Source: Octopus vulgaris
Taxonomy: Eukaryota
Assembly: GCA_951406725.2 (NCBI GenBank)
Contig: OX597828.1
Span: 53,258,001 to 53,322,000 of the forward strand
Length of the DNA: 64,000 nucleotides
Reading direction: 5' to 3'
Of this stretch, positions 1-13,948 are shown piece after piece; the stretch's first letter is position 1; every line of letters begins with the position of its first letter. Position numbers and translations under genes: made by a program. The notes beneath the pieces were generated by a model. It had not been told where the DNA came from. It worked only from the letters and a program-made list of their open reading frames with translations, and made no database searches.

Positions 1-192
1 GTATCCACTAAGTACTAGAGTATGTATTTAAATGCATCAAATGACATTATATTGTCACTAGAAATAAATATTCCGAAAATAACTCTGCCTACTTTTGCGA
101 TATCTGTGTACATATGAATGTGTGCATGTGTATGTATGTGTATATGGCTTTGTCTCTGTGTGAGTGTATGTATCGTACATATGTATATGTAT

Positions 193-240
<48 letters not shown>

Positions 241-393
241 CATATATATATATTTTATATATATATATATACGTATATATATGTATATATGTATATGTGT
301 ATATGTATATGTATATATGTATGTATATACATATATATGTGTGTGTGTCGTTGTATATATACATATATGTATATACATACATACATACATACA

Positions 394-509
<116 letters not shown>

Positions 510-888
510 AAGCACGCCGCCGAAATTGACTCATGCCTGAATATGCATTAGGTCGATCATGCCTGTAGTCAATGAAAGCCGAAGAAGTGAATGAACTAAA
601 GGATTTCTTTTTACATATTTCCATATATTATGGCGTGTATTACATAATATTGTATGAATTGCATAACCTTGTATGAGGTTTGGAACGAAAATTATTGTCC
701 GTTTACGGGAACAATTGTAATGTCGATTTTAAATTATAAGTTTGATATATATTTATATATTATAGATAAACAGACAAACAGACAGACAGACAATTAGATA
801 CAAACATCCGCACACCCAGAGAATGAGATAGATAGTTGGATAGGTGAATATATAGATAGATAAACAGAAAGACCGAGAGCTAGCTAAC

Positions 889-974
<86 letters not shown>

Positions 975-2739
975 AAGATTAACAAGATGGATGAATGAGT
1001 AATGTTTGAAATTCTTTAAGAACAGTGAGAAAGAATGAAGACAGGAAATGACTGATAAAGGCAGAAATCTTTGGGTGAAGCTACTAGGAGAAGAAATATA
1101 AAGAGAGATGGAGGAAAGAGAGATAGAGAGACACGTGAGAAATTTTGAGAGAAGTGTATGATGAATATGAAGAATGAATGATAAAAATAAAGGGATTGAT
1201 AGTGAAGATGTTAAGAGAGAGAGAGAGAGAGAGAGAGAGTGTGTGTGTGAGATAAAGAAAGGAGAACGAAAGACTAATATGAAGAGTAACTTGTATGAGC
1301 GAGAAAGAAAGAAGAGAAAGCAAATAAAAGAAAAGTTTAAAGGGAGACACAAAGAAAAGGGAAGGACAAGGAACGGGTAAGAAAAGAGAACTCTAAGGCA
1401 AAAGAGAAAATGATACAGATGTGAAAAAAGATAGAATGAAATGAGTAGAGATTAAGATTTAGAGAAAGAGAGGAGGTGATTGGAGGAGGTAGCAGAGTTA
1501 AGAGTTATTAATTGCCTTAATATAGAGGCAGATAGGTTTGAAGCGATTAAAACGTTTGGTTTTTAAAATTTGATTTGATGCAACAACAATAACAACAGCA
1601 AACAATGATAACACAAGCAACAACGGTAGCAAGAACAACAGCTAACGATAGCAGCAGCACAAGCCACAACACCATCAGTAGCAACGACAATAACAACAAC
1701 AACAACAACAGCAACAACAGCAATGGCAAGAATAGTAACAACGGTAACAAAAACAAAAACTTTACCAATCGTAACAACAGCAGCAATGATAACAACACTA
1801 AAAACAGTGACATGGAAGGGAGGCAACGAATACAGTTACTACAACGGTAACTACAACAGCAGCAGCAGCAGCAGTAGCAGCAGCAGTAGCAGCAACGATA
1901 GTCACAACAGCAATGACATCAACAACAGAAGTAAATTTGTCATACACAACAACAACAACAACAACAATAAGACAACAGCAGCAGCAACAACAATAATAAA
2001 TGCAAAAGGGAAAATGACGGTGGCAATATGGCGGAGCTATTAAAGTTTAAATATTGCGAATTTTCTGGGGGTTTTTTTCTTGTTAAATAGTAGCAGGGAC
2101 TGGTGAGGGTGCAATGGAATGGAAAGTTAAACTCAACCCGTACGTCTGGTTTCATCAAAATCATAAGCTACGACAATCATGTCAGATCTTAATCATAGCT
2201 GTAATGACACGTTTAAGAGATTATCTGAGAGCTGAGGTTGTTGTTGTTGTTGTTGTTATTGTTATTGTTGTCGATGTCATTGTTTAATCCTAGGCTTACT
2301 GCTTGGATCAAACAAACCTATGATCAAGTACATTTCAACCGTGACCTTCTCGCCTTTATACCATTTTTTTTTTGGCATAGCGCACCCCGCGATACATTAT
2401 GTGTCCAAAGCGTCCATCTTTTCATTAAGTTTGTAAGATGAGTGGCCATCGCGAAGGAAGTAATATTAGAAGATGCGAGTTAAAGGGATTGTGATGGGCA
2501 TCTTCATCTCCAACCTTGGGTTGGTTAACTTTTGCCTTTGCCATCTGAAAAGGAAAATAAGGCTGGAGAAGAGATGCTTGTCACAAAGTACATTCGAGAA
2601 AAAATGGAAGATTGTTGCGAACGTGTTGAGAGTGAGTAAACCTACTTGAGTGAGAACAAAAATGCAAAAACCCAAGTTTTAGTGTTGGTACGTGGCTTGT
2701 GGGGTTGGCATGCGTCCCTCACTCCATTCTATTTTAATC

Positions 2740-2922
2740 CACTCGATGTTCATTGTTTGGGTGAGAGAAAGTTGTGGCAAAAGAGTCAGCAGACGTTTCG
2801 CCATTACCTTCACCGGAGCTTAGGTGTTTCGCTGATAAACACACACATCGCCCGGTCTGACATTAGAACCCGCGATTCCTCGACCGCAAGTCCGCCTCTC
2901 TAACCACTAGGTCATGTGCCTC
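2740..2922 (-). mobile_element. SINE family C, diverged
   Basis: GAGAGAAAGTTGTGGC...TAAACACACACATCGCCCGGTCTG...CTAACCACTAGG. Confidence 0.72.
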
Positions 2923-3305
2923 CGCAGTATTCTTCACACACACGCATACGCACACATACTCACACACTCTCTTACTCTCTCTCTCTCTCTCTCTCTCTCA
3001 TACACACACATACACACACACGCACGCACATAAACACGCACATCGTCAAAACAGCTGACATCTTATCATCTAGTTACTAGAACTTTATGTTCCTGATCAT
3101 TAGCCTGAGAACTCCGTATACATTCTGGAGATCAAGAACTGGAAATTTGAATAACCATGTATGGGGAGCCCTCTGTTAATATCTTAAGCAACATTCACTT
3201 TCGGTATTGAGTTCTGGTTTGACCTACTTGTCTCTACTTACTTTCTTTCACTCTCTCTCGCCCACTCTCTCTCTGTCTCTCTCTCTCTCTCTCTTGCTCT
3301 CTCTA

Positions 3306-3337
<32 letters not shown>

Positions 3338-3655
3338 CATACACACACTGACCTGGGAAGATAACGGTTATTGTGACAATCCAACAACAAAATATTTGTC
3401 ATTTATTGATTTAGAAACAGAAATACATGAATTAAATCAGTTTTTATAATGGACTGAAAATGATTGACATTATATATTTAATAATTAATAGGAACAGCTT
3501 AATTTGGGGGAGGCACAGGATTATTTTGCCTATGCAGACAAAACGTGCATCACACACACACAAAATGTATGTTTGTATCTATATAATAAATGTAACCACA
3601 TGTGAATCATTGGCGATTTTCTTCCTCCGTCTTCCTTTCTATTGGACTTTCTTCT

Positions 3656-3691
3656 GTTTCTGAAGAAGAGCGTTTGCTCGAAACGTTAAAC
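3656..3691 (+). ncRNA. Type I minimal hammerhead ribozyme motif in a solo pLTR-like repeat (~3604-3795)
   Basis: GTTT | CTGAAGAA | GAGC-GTTT-GCTC | GAAA-CG-T-T | AAAC; canonical CUGANGA core and palindromic stem III. Confidence 0.75.
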
Positions 3692-3902
3692 CATCGTTCA
3701 TTCCTTCCTTGAGCGTCTGCTAATACTTTACATGTACCACGTCCTCACGTTGTTGTTTTTTTTTGTGTTAGTTCTTCTTTTTGGGATTTACTATATATGC
3801 TTGTGTGTGTGTGTAAGAGAGAGAGAGAGAGTGTGTGTGTGTATGTGTGTATGTGTGTGTGTGTGTGTATGTGTGTGTGTAAGACAGAGAGAGAAAGAGA
3901 GA

Positions 3903-3937
<35 letters not shown>

Positions 3938-4491
3938 TGTTTGTGTGTGTGTGTGTATGTATGTATGCATGTATGTTTGTGTGTGTGTGTGTTTGTGTAC
4001 GTAAACCATCGTCTTCACCCTATCACACCACTTCCTCTACAAATATCACCATCAGGGTGAAATTTAGTCCGTGCCACTCCATCCACCACTTCTAAACATT
4101 TTACCATCCTACCACCACCACCAATAGCACAACCATCACCGTCACCCCATTCAGTATCCCCACAACCACCACCACCTTCGACCTACACCGTCGACACCGC
4201 CATTACCATCACGACCACCATCACCACTACAAGTAACATAAAATCCACATCTTTCAGAAAACTACATTTACATAAACTTCCACGACCGCTATCACTACCA
4301 TTCAAAACTACCATTCATACCATCGCACAGTCTCTGTCTATCCCTAAATTCTAACCAACATAAACACTTCTGCCTCAACCATCGCCATCGCCATCACCTC
4401 CACCACAAACAAGTTGGTGTTTCGTCCAATACTCTACCTCTCTCACTCACACACACACACACACTTACTTCTCTCTCTTTCTGTCTGTCTG

Positions 4492-4560
<69 letters not shown>

Positions 4561-5095
4561 AAATCACACAAACCGAACCAAACTTAAAAACAATTTCCAT
4601 CACCGCATCCGCATCGACATAGACCACCAAATACCGCTACCATTGCTACCACCACAACGACCGCAATCAAAGCCAACTCGGCCGTCATAGCTGTGGCCAC
4701 CAACGACTATCACTAATAGCAAAAATGGTACCACAACCACCACCACCGCCACCACCACCACCACCATCTCCACATCCACGCCAACACCAACCATGCTAGC
4801 GCCACCCACCCCACCCCACCACTATGACCACAACGAGTGTAATAAGGATTGTAGTTGATTGCAAGTAACATGTCCAGTGAGGTGTGAAAGATGTTTTAAT
4901 TAATTGATGGATTGATGTTGCAAGACTGGGGAATAGGAGGATGGGGATGGCAGTGGCGGGGGGGGATGATACATAGAGACAAAGCTGGGGGAGGAGAGAG
5001 AATGTTTGTCTATAGAATGAGAGAGAGAGAGAGAGGCGGGGTGGATATATACACAGAGAAGGGTAAATGGAAGGAAAATATTTGCTGTGGATATG

Positions 5096-5148
<53 letters not shown>

Positions 5149-5149
5149 C

Positions 5150-5508
5150 AGACTCCAGCTATGCTGGGGCACCGACCTGAGTTTTTGGTCCAGTGAATCG
5201 ACCCCAGAACTTTTCGTTTTTCAGTCCGGTTCTTATTCTCTCATTCGCAAAGTGCTAAGGTATGGAGACGTAAACACACCAACACCTAATGTCAAGCGAT
5301 GGTGGGAGACAAAAACACGTAAATATATGTACATACATACATACATACATAGAACGGGCTTCTTTCAGTTTCCGTCTACCAAATCCACTTACAAGACTTT
5401 GGTTGGCCCAAGACTATAGAAGAATAAACTTGCCGAAGATGCCACACTGAGGGGCCGAATGCAGCCCCATGTAGCTGGGAGGCACGCTTCTGACCTCACA
5501 AGCATGCA
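5150..5508 (-). mobile_element. SINE family A (tRNA-like head, CORE-like CCTTGGGCAAGT, internal microsatellite)
   Basis: Diverged reverse-complement match to 59052-59450. Confidence 0.8.
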
Positions 5509-6428
5509 GTGGATATGTGTGTGTGTGCTTGAAAGAGAGAGGAAGAGGTAAATACAGATTGTAAATGCGTGTGTGGATGTGTGTGTTTGTCTGCGTGTAT
5601 GTGTGCATGTGTGTAAGTGTGTGTGGGGTGTGTGTGCCTAATTGTGTGATCAAGACTTTTTGAAGTAGAAAGTAGAATGAGCATTTAGTGAATGTTTGAC
5701 CAAAAGAATATTTTAGCAGATGTGTTTGTCTGTGTACGTGATTATGTACGTGAGTGCATATAAGTACGTTTGCCTATATATGTGTATTTTGACAGTGTTA
5801 TATATTAGATTGTATATATGAACGTATGTCTGTTAGTTAAATTTCTTCCGTATACGTGTTGGTTAAGTCTTGATCGATTAAGAAATTTGCTTTGCAATCC
5901 TAATCTCTTAGCCTCGATCTTGTCTCACGGAAGATTGGTTGTATGGGTCTCGTACGATAGCCTTGTGTCGTCTTAAATGTTAACACTCATATTAGGTAGA
6001 CGGAAACAGTATTTATTTTCTGGTCCTTCAGACTTACTGCTAACCCTTTCAAATAACGAGATAACCCACATTCTAATACCTATCGTAATCAATTATAAGT
6101 ATACATGCAATCACGTTACTATCGGACTGAATGTAGAATAAAAAAATATATACAAATTAATGTGTGCGCGCGCGAGAGGGTGCATTTTGTATTTTCAAAA
6201 ATAAGCATTTATACATCGAACAATTTGTACCCATTCAGTTTTTCTTGCTTTGCTAACCAGGAAGTTTATAGGTTGCATACACTAAATGTGTTTTATTCAG
6301 TTACACGGAATATTATCTTTTCTTGGTCCCAGTCGTTAAAGTTGTGTTTTCTCCATATTGTGTAATAATAATTAATCTAATACTGCTTCACAATTAAACA
6401 AAGATTAAACTACTTAATATTCATAAAC

Positions 6429-6840
6429 AGGCGTGGCTCTGTGGGAAAGAGCATGCTTCCCAACCACATAGTTTGGAGTTCGGTCCCACTGTGTAACACC
6501 TTGAGCAAGTGTCTTCTACAATAGCTTCGGGCCAACCAAAGCCTTGTGAGTGGATCTAGTATACGGAAGCTGAAAGAAGCTTGTTGTATGTATATGTGTG
6601 TGTGTTTGTATGTGTGTGTGTGTGTGTGTGTGTCTTTGTGTGTGTGTTTGTCCCCATCACCGCTCAACAACCAGTGTTGGTGTGTTTACGTCCTGTAACT
6701 TAGCGGTTCGGCAAAAGACTGATAGAATAAATATTAGGCTTGAAAAAATGTAAGTCCTAGAGTCAATTCATTCGACTAAAAGCCCTTCAAGGCGGTGGCC
6801 TAGCATGGTCAAAGTCAAATGGCTGAATCATGTAAAAGAC
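6429..6840 (+). mobile_element. SINE family A
   Basis: A-box-like TGGCTCTGTGG, B-box-like AGTTCGGTCCC; matches the other copies end to end. Confidence 0.85.
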
Positions 6841-7090
6841 AAAACATAAGAAATGTCTGGAACACAGACATACAGTTCGCTAAATTCCTTCCCGTATACC
6901 GTTACCTTATTAGGACATACGGTTCTTAATTATCCCTGTTAAATAACTGTGTATATATTTTCCACAATTAGAATTCATCCTAAAATTCGATCTCAAATTA
7001 CATCATAAATATGCTTCTGTAAACCGATATTTCGATTTTTTGTTTCCCTTCGAAACAAACACACAGAAACATGCACACATACAAGTACAG

Positions 7091-7248
7091 CAGGCTTCTT
7101 TCAGTTTCCGTCAATCAAATCTACTCACAAAGTTTTGGTCGACTTGACGCTATAGGTGAAGACACTTGCCCAAGATGACACGCAGTGGCACTGAACTGGA
7201 AATCACGTGACTGGGAAACAAGCTTCTTATGACACAACCATGCCTACA
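7091..7248 (-). mobile_element. SINE family A, head half
   Basis: GGCTTCTTTCAGTTTCCGTC...GAAGACACTTGCCCAAG. Confidence 0.8.
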
Positions 7249-7345
7249 TCTATGCATTTTTATATACATTTTGTGGAGTAAAAACCGCTGAAACTTGCCT
7301 GTCGATTGTATATTTATGTCTATATGATAGCTTGGAAGATTTTGT

Positions 7346-7375
7346 TGCCTCGTGGCAGAAACGGCCGTAAGGGAT
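7346..7375 (+). ncRNA. 3' half of a hammerhead-like motif (core missing)
   Basis: TGCC-TCGT-GGCA GAA ACGGCCGT A AGGGA: stem II, GAAA and perfect palindromic stem III, but no CUGANGA upstream. Confidence 0.3.
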
Positions 7376-7606
7376 TAGTACCTGTACACCCATGTATTAT
7401 TAGTCATTTGTTTCTATATATATATACGTATTTATATATTTGTTTATGCCGTTATTAACTTTTTCCATTCATTAATTTGTATCACTCATGCATATATGTG
7501 CAATTATTTAATAAATAGACATGATTGAATGTTTACTGGCTGATGCCTGTCGATTGTATATCCTTACCATTTTCTTATTTGTCTCTCTCTCTCTCTCTCT
7601 CTCTCT

Positions 7607-7910
<304 letters not shown>

Positions 7911-8071
7911 ATATATATATATATATACATATATACAAGCATGTAGGACATTATAGTCAGGCAGTTACAGAAGCTCATACACATATATAGTAGACAGACT
8001 GATAGATAATTGAATATGATCATGCATACGTATATACATCTACATAATGCCTGTAGACATACTCTTGCTAA

Positions 8072-8422
8072 CATACATACATACATACATACATACATAC
8101 ATACATACATACATACATACATACATACATACATACACACAGACATACATACATACATACATACATACATACATACATACATACATACATACACACATAC
8201 ACACATACATACATACATACATACATACATACATACATACATACATGCACACATACATACATACATACATACATACATACATACATACATACATACATGC
8301 ACACATACATACATACATACATACATACATACATACACACATACACACATACATACATACATACATACATACATACATACATACATACATACATACATAC
8401 ATACATACATGGATACATACAT
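8072..8422. repeat. (CATA)n microsatellite with higher-order interruptions
   Basis: Direct reading; recurring CACACATACACA and CATGCACA variants. Confidence 0.95.
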
Positions 8423-10111
8423 AATGTTGCAATGACATGAAAGACAGGGAGAAAAATAAAATCAGTAAAATAAAAAGCAAAGACTGTAAAGATCTCAGTG
8501 AAGAGGTTGGGGAGAGTTAGAGAGGAAGATAGATAAAGCGAGGAGGGAGAGGGTGACAGGGAGAGAAGAAGAGAGTTACTGAGAGAGTGAGCGAGAGAAT
8601 AAGCGAAAGAAAAAGAGAGCGTAAACAAAGACACGAAACAACGAAAGGAGGGAAATAAAGGGAAGAAATGAGTTAGGTTAGAGATAATTATTGTAAAGGT
8701 AGACGACACCCTATGACAATATGGCGTCTGTCACGTGATATAAAATTGCTTCCTCTTGTCATACAAACCTTTCAGATTTGTCAACTTGTGTTAATTGAAG
8801 CAACGTACACGATTGGTTAAATCTGGTTAGTCTGATGGAAATGGCGTGTATGAGGCGCTGGGTACGGGGCAGACGGATGAAGATGGAAGAGAAGTTTTTT
8901 ATAAATGAGGGAGCGAAGGGAAGAGAGTGGGGAGGAACGGTGATGGAGAGTAAGTAGATGGTAGAGAGAGAGAGAGAGAGAGAGGAAGGGAGAAAAAAGA
9001 AGGAAGGAAATTAGGGAAGTGAATGGATGGGAGGAAGGATGACAAACGTTTTAAGGAAAGAGAAAGAATGATAGACAGACGGGATAGAGAGACGGAAGAA
9101 AGAAAGGAAAAGAGAGAAAAATCATGAGAGAGGAAAAGGAAAGATTAAAGATGGGAGGAAGAGAGAGAGAGAGTGGGAAGGGAGAGTTGAGAGAAACTGA
9201 AAGATAAAAAAATGTAAAAAATAAAGAATAAAAAGGTGGAGAGGGTGAAGGAAGGGAGATAATTAGTGGTAAGAAATGGATTAAGGAGAGGTGTGTGGTG
9301 ACGGTGGCAGTGGACGAAGGTAGCGGAGAGACCAAGGAATTTGTTAAAAAAATTTAAGGAACATAAAGAAACAAAAAAATGATAAGTGGGCGAAGCTGAA
9401 AATGAAAGAGAAATGGAACTTGAGAAGAAAATATAAGAGAATGAAAGAATGGAGAACGAACAAAAGAAAGAATAAGTGAGGTGACCACACATCATTTAGT
9501 ATTCGAAAACTGTTTGACAATCCTTCAACATCGACATTTCGACCAATGCATTTATCTGTTCCACTCACGATCACAATGTTGTAAGTTCAATTTTTGCTGC
9601 AGGATGTACGTTGTGTTCATCTCCCGTTGTTTTGGTCTACATATACCATCCAACTCCCGATGCAGTTCTCTCTCCCACTAGCTGTCAAACATTGGATATA
9701 CTGCTGGGTCAGAAGGTAGGAGAATCGAGACGATGTCGATGATTGCTGGTGACTATACAGGCTGCAAAGTGGATAGACTCTGAAGTAGCTGCAGAGAAAA
9801 TCATGTTCTGTTGCATGTGCGGCTGCCCGTACTTTGGGCAGTTGAAACACGTGTCGGTCGTGACAACCAAAAAAACATGCTGTATGAAATTATAAAACAA
9901 GAGGAAAAAAAATCTTGAGGCTAAACAAGTCCCTATATTCTATATCGTTATAGTTACTACTAATATGCACACCACATTATAATGCCATCCAGAGAAGCGA
10001 AAACGGAATTACCAATCGAAGGAATTTACAGCGTGACTGTAAATAATGATCCTCTCAATTAAAGGCGCAAGGCCTGAAATTTCGGTGGAACGGGGTCTAG
10101 TCGATTACATG

Positions 10112-10250
10112 TAGGGGCCAGGGAACTTTTTTAACCAATTACCCCAAAATACATTTATTTGTACCAACGTTACCTCCTTGATTTGGAAGGAAGAAAATCA
10201 TAGATTCTTTGAATTCAAAAGTTTTATTGAATCTATTTTATTGAATCAAG
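10112..10250 (+). repeat. Fragment of the same hAT-type family as 57128
   Basis: TAGGGGCC...TTTTAACCAATTACCCCAAAATACATTTATTT...TACCTCCTTGATTTG matches 57128-57260. Confidence 0.65.
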
Positions 10251-10269
10251 CTGAGTAAAAAGTTAGCAA

Positions 10270-11295
10270 TGTTTTAAAACATGAAATTCATCACAATATA
10301 TTTCAACAATGCGGAAGTTTTATTCATCAAAGTAAGTACCATTATAATCAACACATTTTTGCCAATGAGTTACAAATTTGTTTAATCCGGTTACATACAA
10401 ATCTGGAGTTCTGGAGCTGATGAACTCTTTGCACGCACTTTCAGCATCGGTTTGATTTTTGAACACTTTCTCTCGCCGGAAACCATCACGGTGCTTAAAA
10501 AAGTGGTTGTCGGTAGGAGAAAGGTCTGGGGAATAAGCTGCATGGGGAAGAACCTGGTAGTTAAGTTCTCTCAACATCTGGAGCGTCATTAGTGAAGTGT
10601 GTGGTCAAGCATTGTTATGAAGAATAATTGGCCCACATCTGTTGACCAGTCTGGGACAGGAGAAGCAAGCAGGTTTTCGTTCCTTTTGGCAATTTCATGG
10701 CAATATGTTTCTGCAGTAATGGTTTTTCCGGGTTTTAAGAAGTTAAAGTGGATGAGTCCAGCAGTACACCACCAAACAGTCCCCATAACTATCTTTTTTT
10801 AAGAGGTCGGGTTTTAGGGAAGGTATTCGGTGCTTCACTTTGGTCCAACCATTGCGAAGAACATTTTTTATTATTGTACAGAATCTACTTGTCATCGGAA
10901 GTTACAATACGGTCGAGAAATGCATCAGTCGGATACAGAGAAGAAGCGATGTGCAAATTTCATATCTGTGCATTTTCTGAGATTCATTTCTGAGATACCC
11001 ATCTGTCGAGCTTTTTTCATTTTCCGATCGCATGCAAATGGTTGCGGCCAGTTTTCTTGCTAACTTTTGCCAGTTCTTGAGTGTTTTTTACATGAATCTG
11101 TCTTGATGACAGCTTTTTTATTGACCGTCATTGATGACAGATGGGCATCCAATGCGCTCACGATCTTCAAGGCTCAGATCTCAACTGCGAAATTGTTTAT
11201 CCCATTTTCGTGCTGACTACTCACTGGTCATTTCCTCACCAAATGTTTCGTTGATATCGCGAGCAGTTTCAGCTGCCTTATGTTCTTTAGTCTCT
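10270..11295 (-). pseudogene. Mariner (DD34D) transposase remnant
   Basis: HKAAETARDINETFGEE (HTH region, ~11230-11285), TVWWCTAGLIHFNFLKPGKTITAETYC, LPHAAYSPDLSPTDNHFFK, WQKCVDYNGTYFDE; frameshifted. Confidence 0.92.
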
Positions 11296-11547
11296 TCTTC
11301 CCCTCTGCCTCCTCTCCTCTCTCTCTCTCTCTCCCTCTCTCTTTCTCTCTTTCTCTCTTTCTCACTCTATTTTCAGCCTCACTTTCTCTCCGGGAGAACT
11401 TAGCTATCTTTGGAGTTGCAGAGGGTGGGTCTCTACCAAGTTTAAAATACTCATGACACACTGTGACCCAACGGTTCCTACTACGCTTCCATCATATACA
11501 AGCCTTCCATCCAGTCTATTTCTCATCTAATTTTTTAATCTATTTAA

Positions 11548-11944
11548 GGCGGTGAGCTGGCAGAAACGTTAGCACGCCAGGCAAAATGCTTAGCGGTATT
11601 TCGTCTGTCTTCACGTTCTGAGTTCAAATTCAGCCGAGGTCGACTTTGCCTTTCATCCATTCAGGGTCGATTAAGTAAGTACCAGTTACGCACTGGGGTC
11701 GATATAATCGACTTAATCCGTTTGTCTGTCCTTGTTTGTCCTCTCTGTGTTTAGCCCCTTGTGGGTAGTAAAGAAATAGGTATTACGTCTGTCTTTACGT
11801 TCTGAGTTCAAATTCCGCCGAGGCCGACTTTGCCTTTCATCCTTTCGGGGACGATAAATTAAGCTCCAGTTGCGTACTGGGGATCGATCTAATCGAGTGG
11901 CAGCTACTCGCAAAATTTCGGGTCTTGCACCTAGAGAAGAAAGG
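11548..11944 (+). mobile_element. SINE family B dimer
   Basis: Two head-to-tail units joined at ~11779, with flanking duplication AATTTTT(T/A)AATCTATTT. Confidence 0.88.
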
Positions 11945-12021
11945 AATTTTTAAATCTATTTTTCTCATTTGCTGTTTTTTTTTACACTCTATATATACTT
12001 CGCTATATTTCTACAGTTTTA

Positions 12022-12162
12022 TAAGGTTGTCCCAAAAGTTCGTAGAAAGTCTTGGAAAATAATGGTCTTTATTTTGAGGAATAATTTTTGTTGTTTTTGT
12101 TAGTACTTGGCGAGTAAAAATTCAATTTTCGCAAGTGTTTACGAACTTTTGGGACAACCTAA
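12022..12162. mobile_element. Mariner-type MITE
   Basis: Perfect 21-bp inverted repeat AGGTTGTCCCAAAAGTTCGTA (12024-12044) / TACGAACTTTTGGGACAACCT (12140-12160), flanked by TA. Confidence 0.85.
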
Positions 12163-12600
12163 TATTTTCTCAGTAGGGAAAAAGAAAATTTCTTAATGAC
12201 GAAAAACCCTGGCACGGTTTCGATATTCAGTTGAATTTATTTTACTTCACGTCTTTTACCCTGATAATGTTCCCTGTAATACACAAAAAACAGTAAAACA
12301 AAACACAGAAACCCTCCAAAAAATCCACTCTAACTTGACTGTTACAATATCCTATTTACATTTTCCGGTAAATTTAAGGCATTGTGACAAATCCGAAGAA
12401 ACACAACAATGTATGCATGGAAGCTTTAATGGTAAAATAGCGACGTATGTAGTCGTATGTCATAGAAAGGAATGTCTCTCTCCAATGTATTTCACTCATC
12501 CGCCATCTTTCCTAACGCACTTGCCACTCTGCTGGCTGATAAATTAGTTTCGACATTCATAATGGGGCGTTTCTTGTTTTGTACCGAAATATCCCTTAAG

Positions 12601-12634
<34 letters not shown>

Positions 12635-12771
12635 ACAAACACTTGCACATGCACACGTACATATATATATATGTGTGTGTGTGTGTCTGTGTGTGTGTGT
12701 ATGTATGTATATACATACAAAGCCTTGTAACTGTTTGTCTATCTATCTATCTATATATATATATATTTATT

Positions 12772-12824
<53 letters not shown>

Positions 12825-12992
12825 GTGTATATACACACATGTATATACACACTCACATATATACTAATATATAGATGTGTGTGTGTGTATTATATATACG
12901 AGTGTATGTGTGAGTGTATATATGTATATAAAGAGACCGATTACAACTGTCTTGGTATCTAGTTAGCTCGCTAGCGAGACAGACAGACATAC

Positions 12993-13176
<184 letters not shown>

Positions 13177-13621
13177 TCCCACGTGTACAGATACCAGCGT
13201 GCATAAATAAATACATGAGTAACAAATAGAAAGGCTGAATTCGATCGTTAGATCTGCTAGAAATAACATCAAAGTCTTCCTCACATTGGCTTAGAAACAA
13301 TAAGGACAATGGACGATGTGGCCACAAGTGGACTACAGGATGCTTGAGGGAAGGATTGATGGCCACAGCGCGATACTGCTGCATATATGTCAGATGTGGT
13401 CAAACAACAACAAGAACAACTACTTGAAACACATTTCCTGTAAAGGAGTTGATCTCAAATAATTATAATGATAATTACAACAAACACATCACTATCGGCA
13501 TCAACAAAACAACAAATAGAACAAATAACACCACCAAGAACAACAATACTAATCCTTTCTACTACATGCACAAGGCCTGGAATTTTGGGGGAGGGTAAGT
13601 CGATTACATTGACCCTAGTAC

Positions 13622-13948
13622 TGTTCTATAAGGAAACTGTACACCCCTTCCGGTAAAAAGAGGTAGTAGCTAGCCATTATAAATATACCAGTAGCCGGTC
13701 GACAGGAGGTTGGTGGGTCGAGAATACGTGTAGGCTGTGTTGATAGTCGTGTCTTTGCTGATATAGTAATTATATTGTGATATTGAGCGGACGTTATAAC
13801 GATCCAACTTGTTGAGGATACTAACACTGTACGACTGGGAGTCGTACAGTGCCGGATAGTAACATCCTATCGACGACTTCGGAAGATGACAATATCGGTC
13901 AGAGCGACAGCTGTCGTCAAAAGACAAATACAACAGTGGCGAGGAGGA
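13622..13948 (+). repeat. Gypsy 5' LTR (TGTT...AACA, 13622-13935) and primer-binding site (TGGCGAGGAGGA, 13937-13948)
   Basis: TG...CA termini. The PBS is one mismatch from TGGCGACGAGGA, complementary to a tRNA-Ser 3' end. The LTR start truncates a SINE fragment. Confidence 0.7.

Noticed and set aside
2784-2820. Minus-strand CCGGTGAAG...CGAAACGTC hammerhead look-alike
   Set aside because: Stem II does not pair and the motif is absent from the better-preserved SINE-C copy at 49.4 kb.
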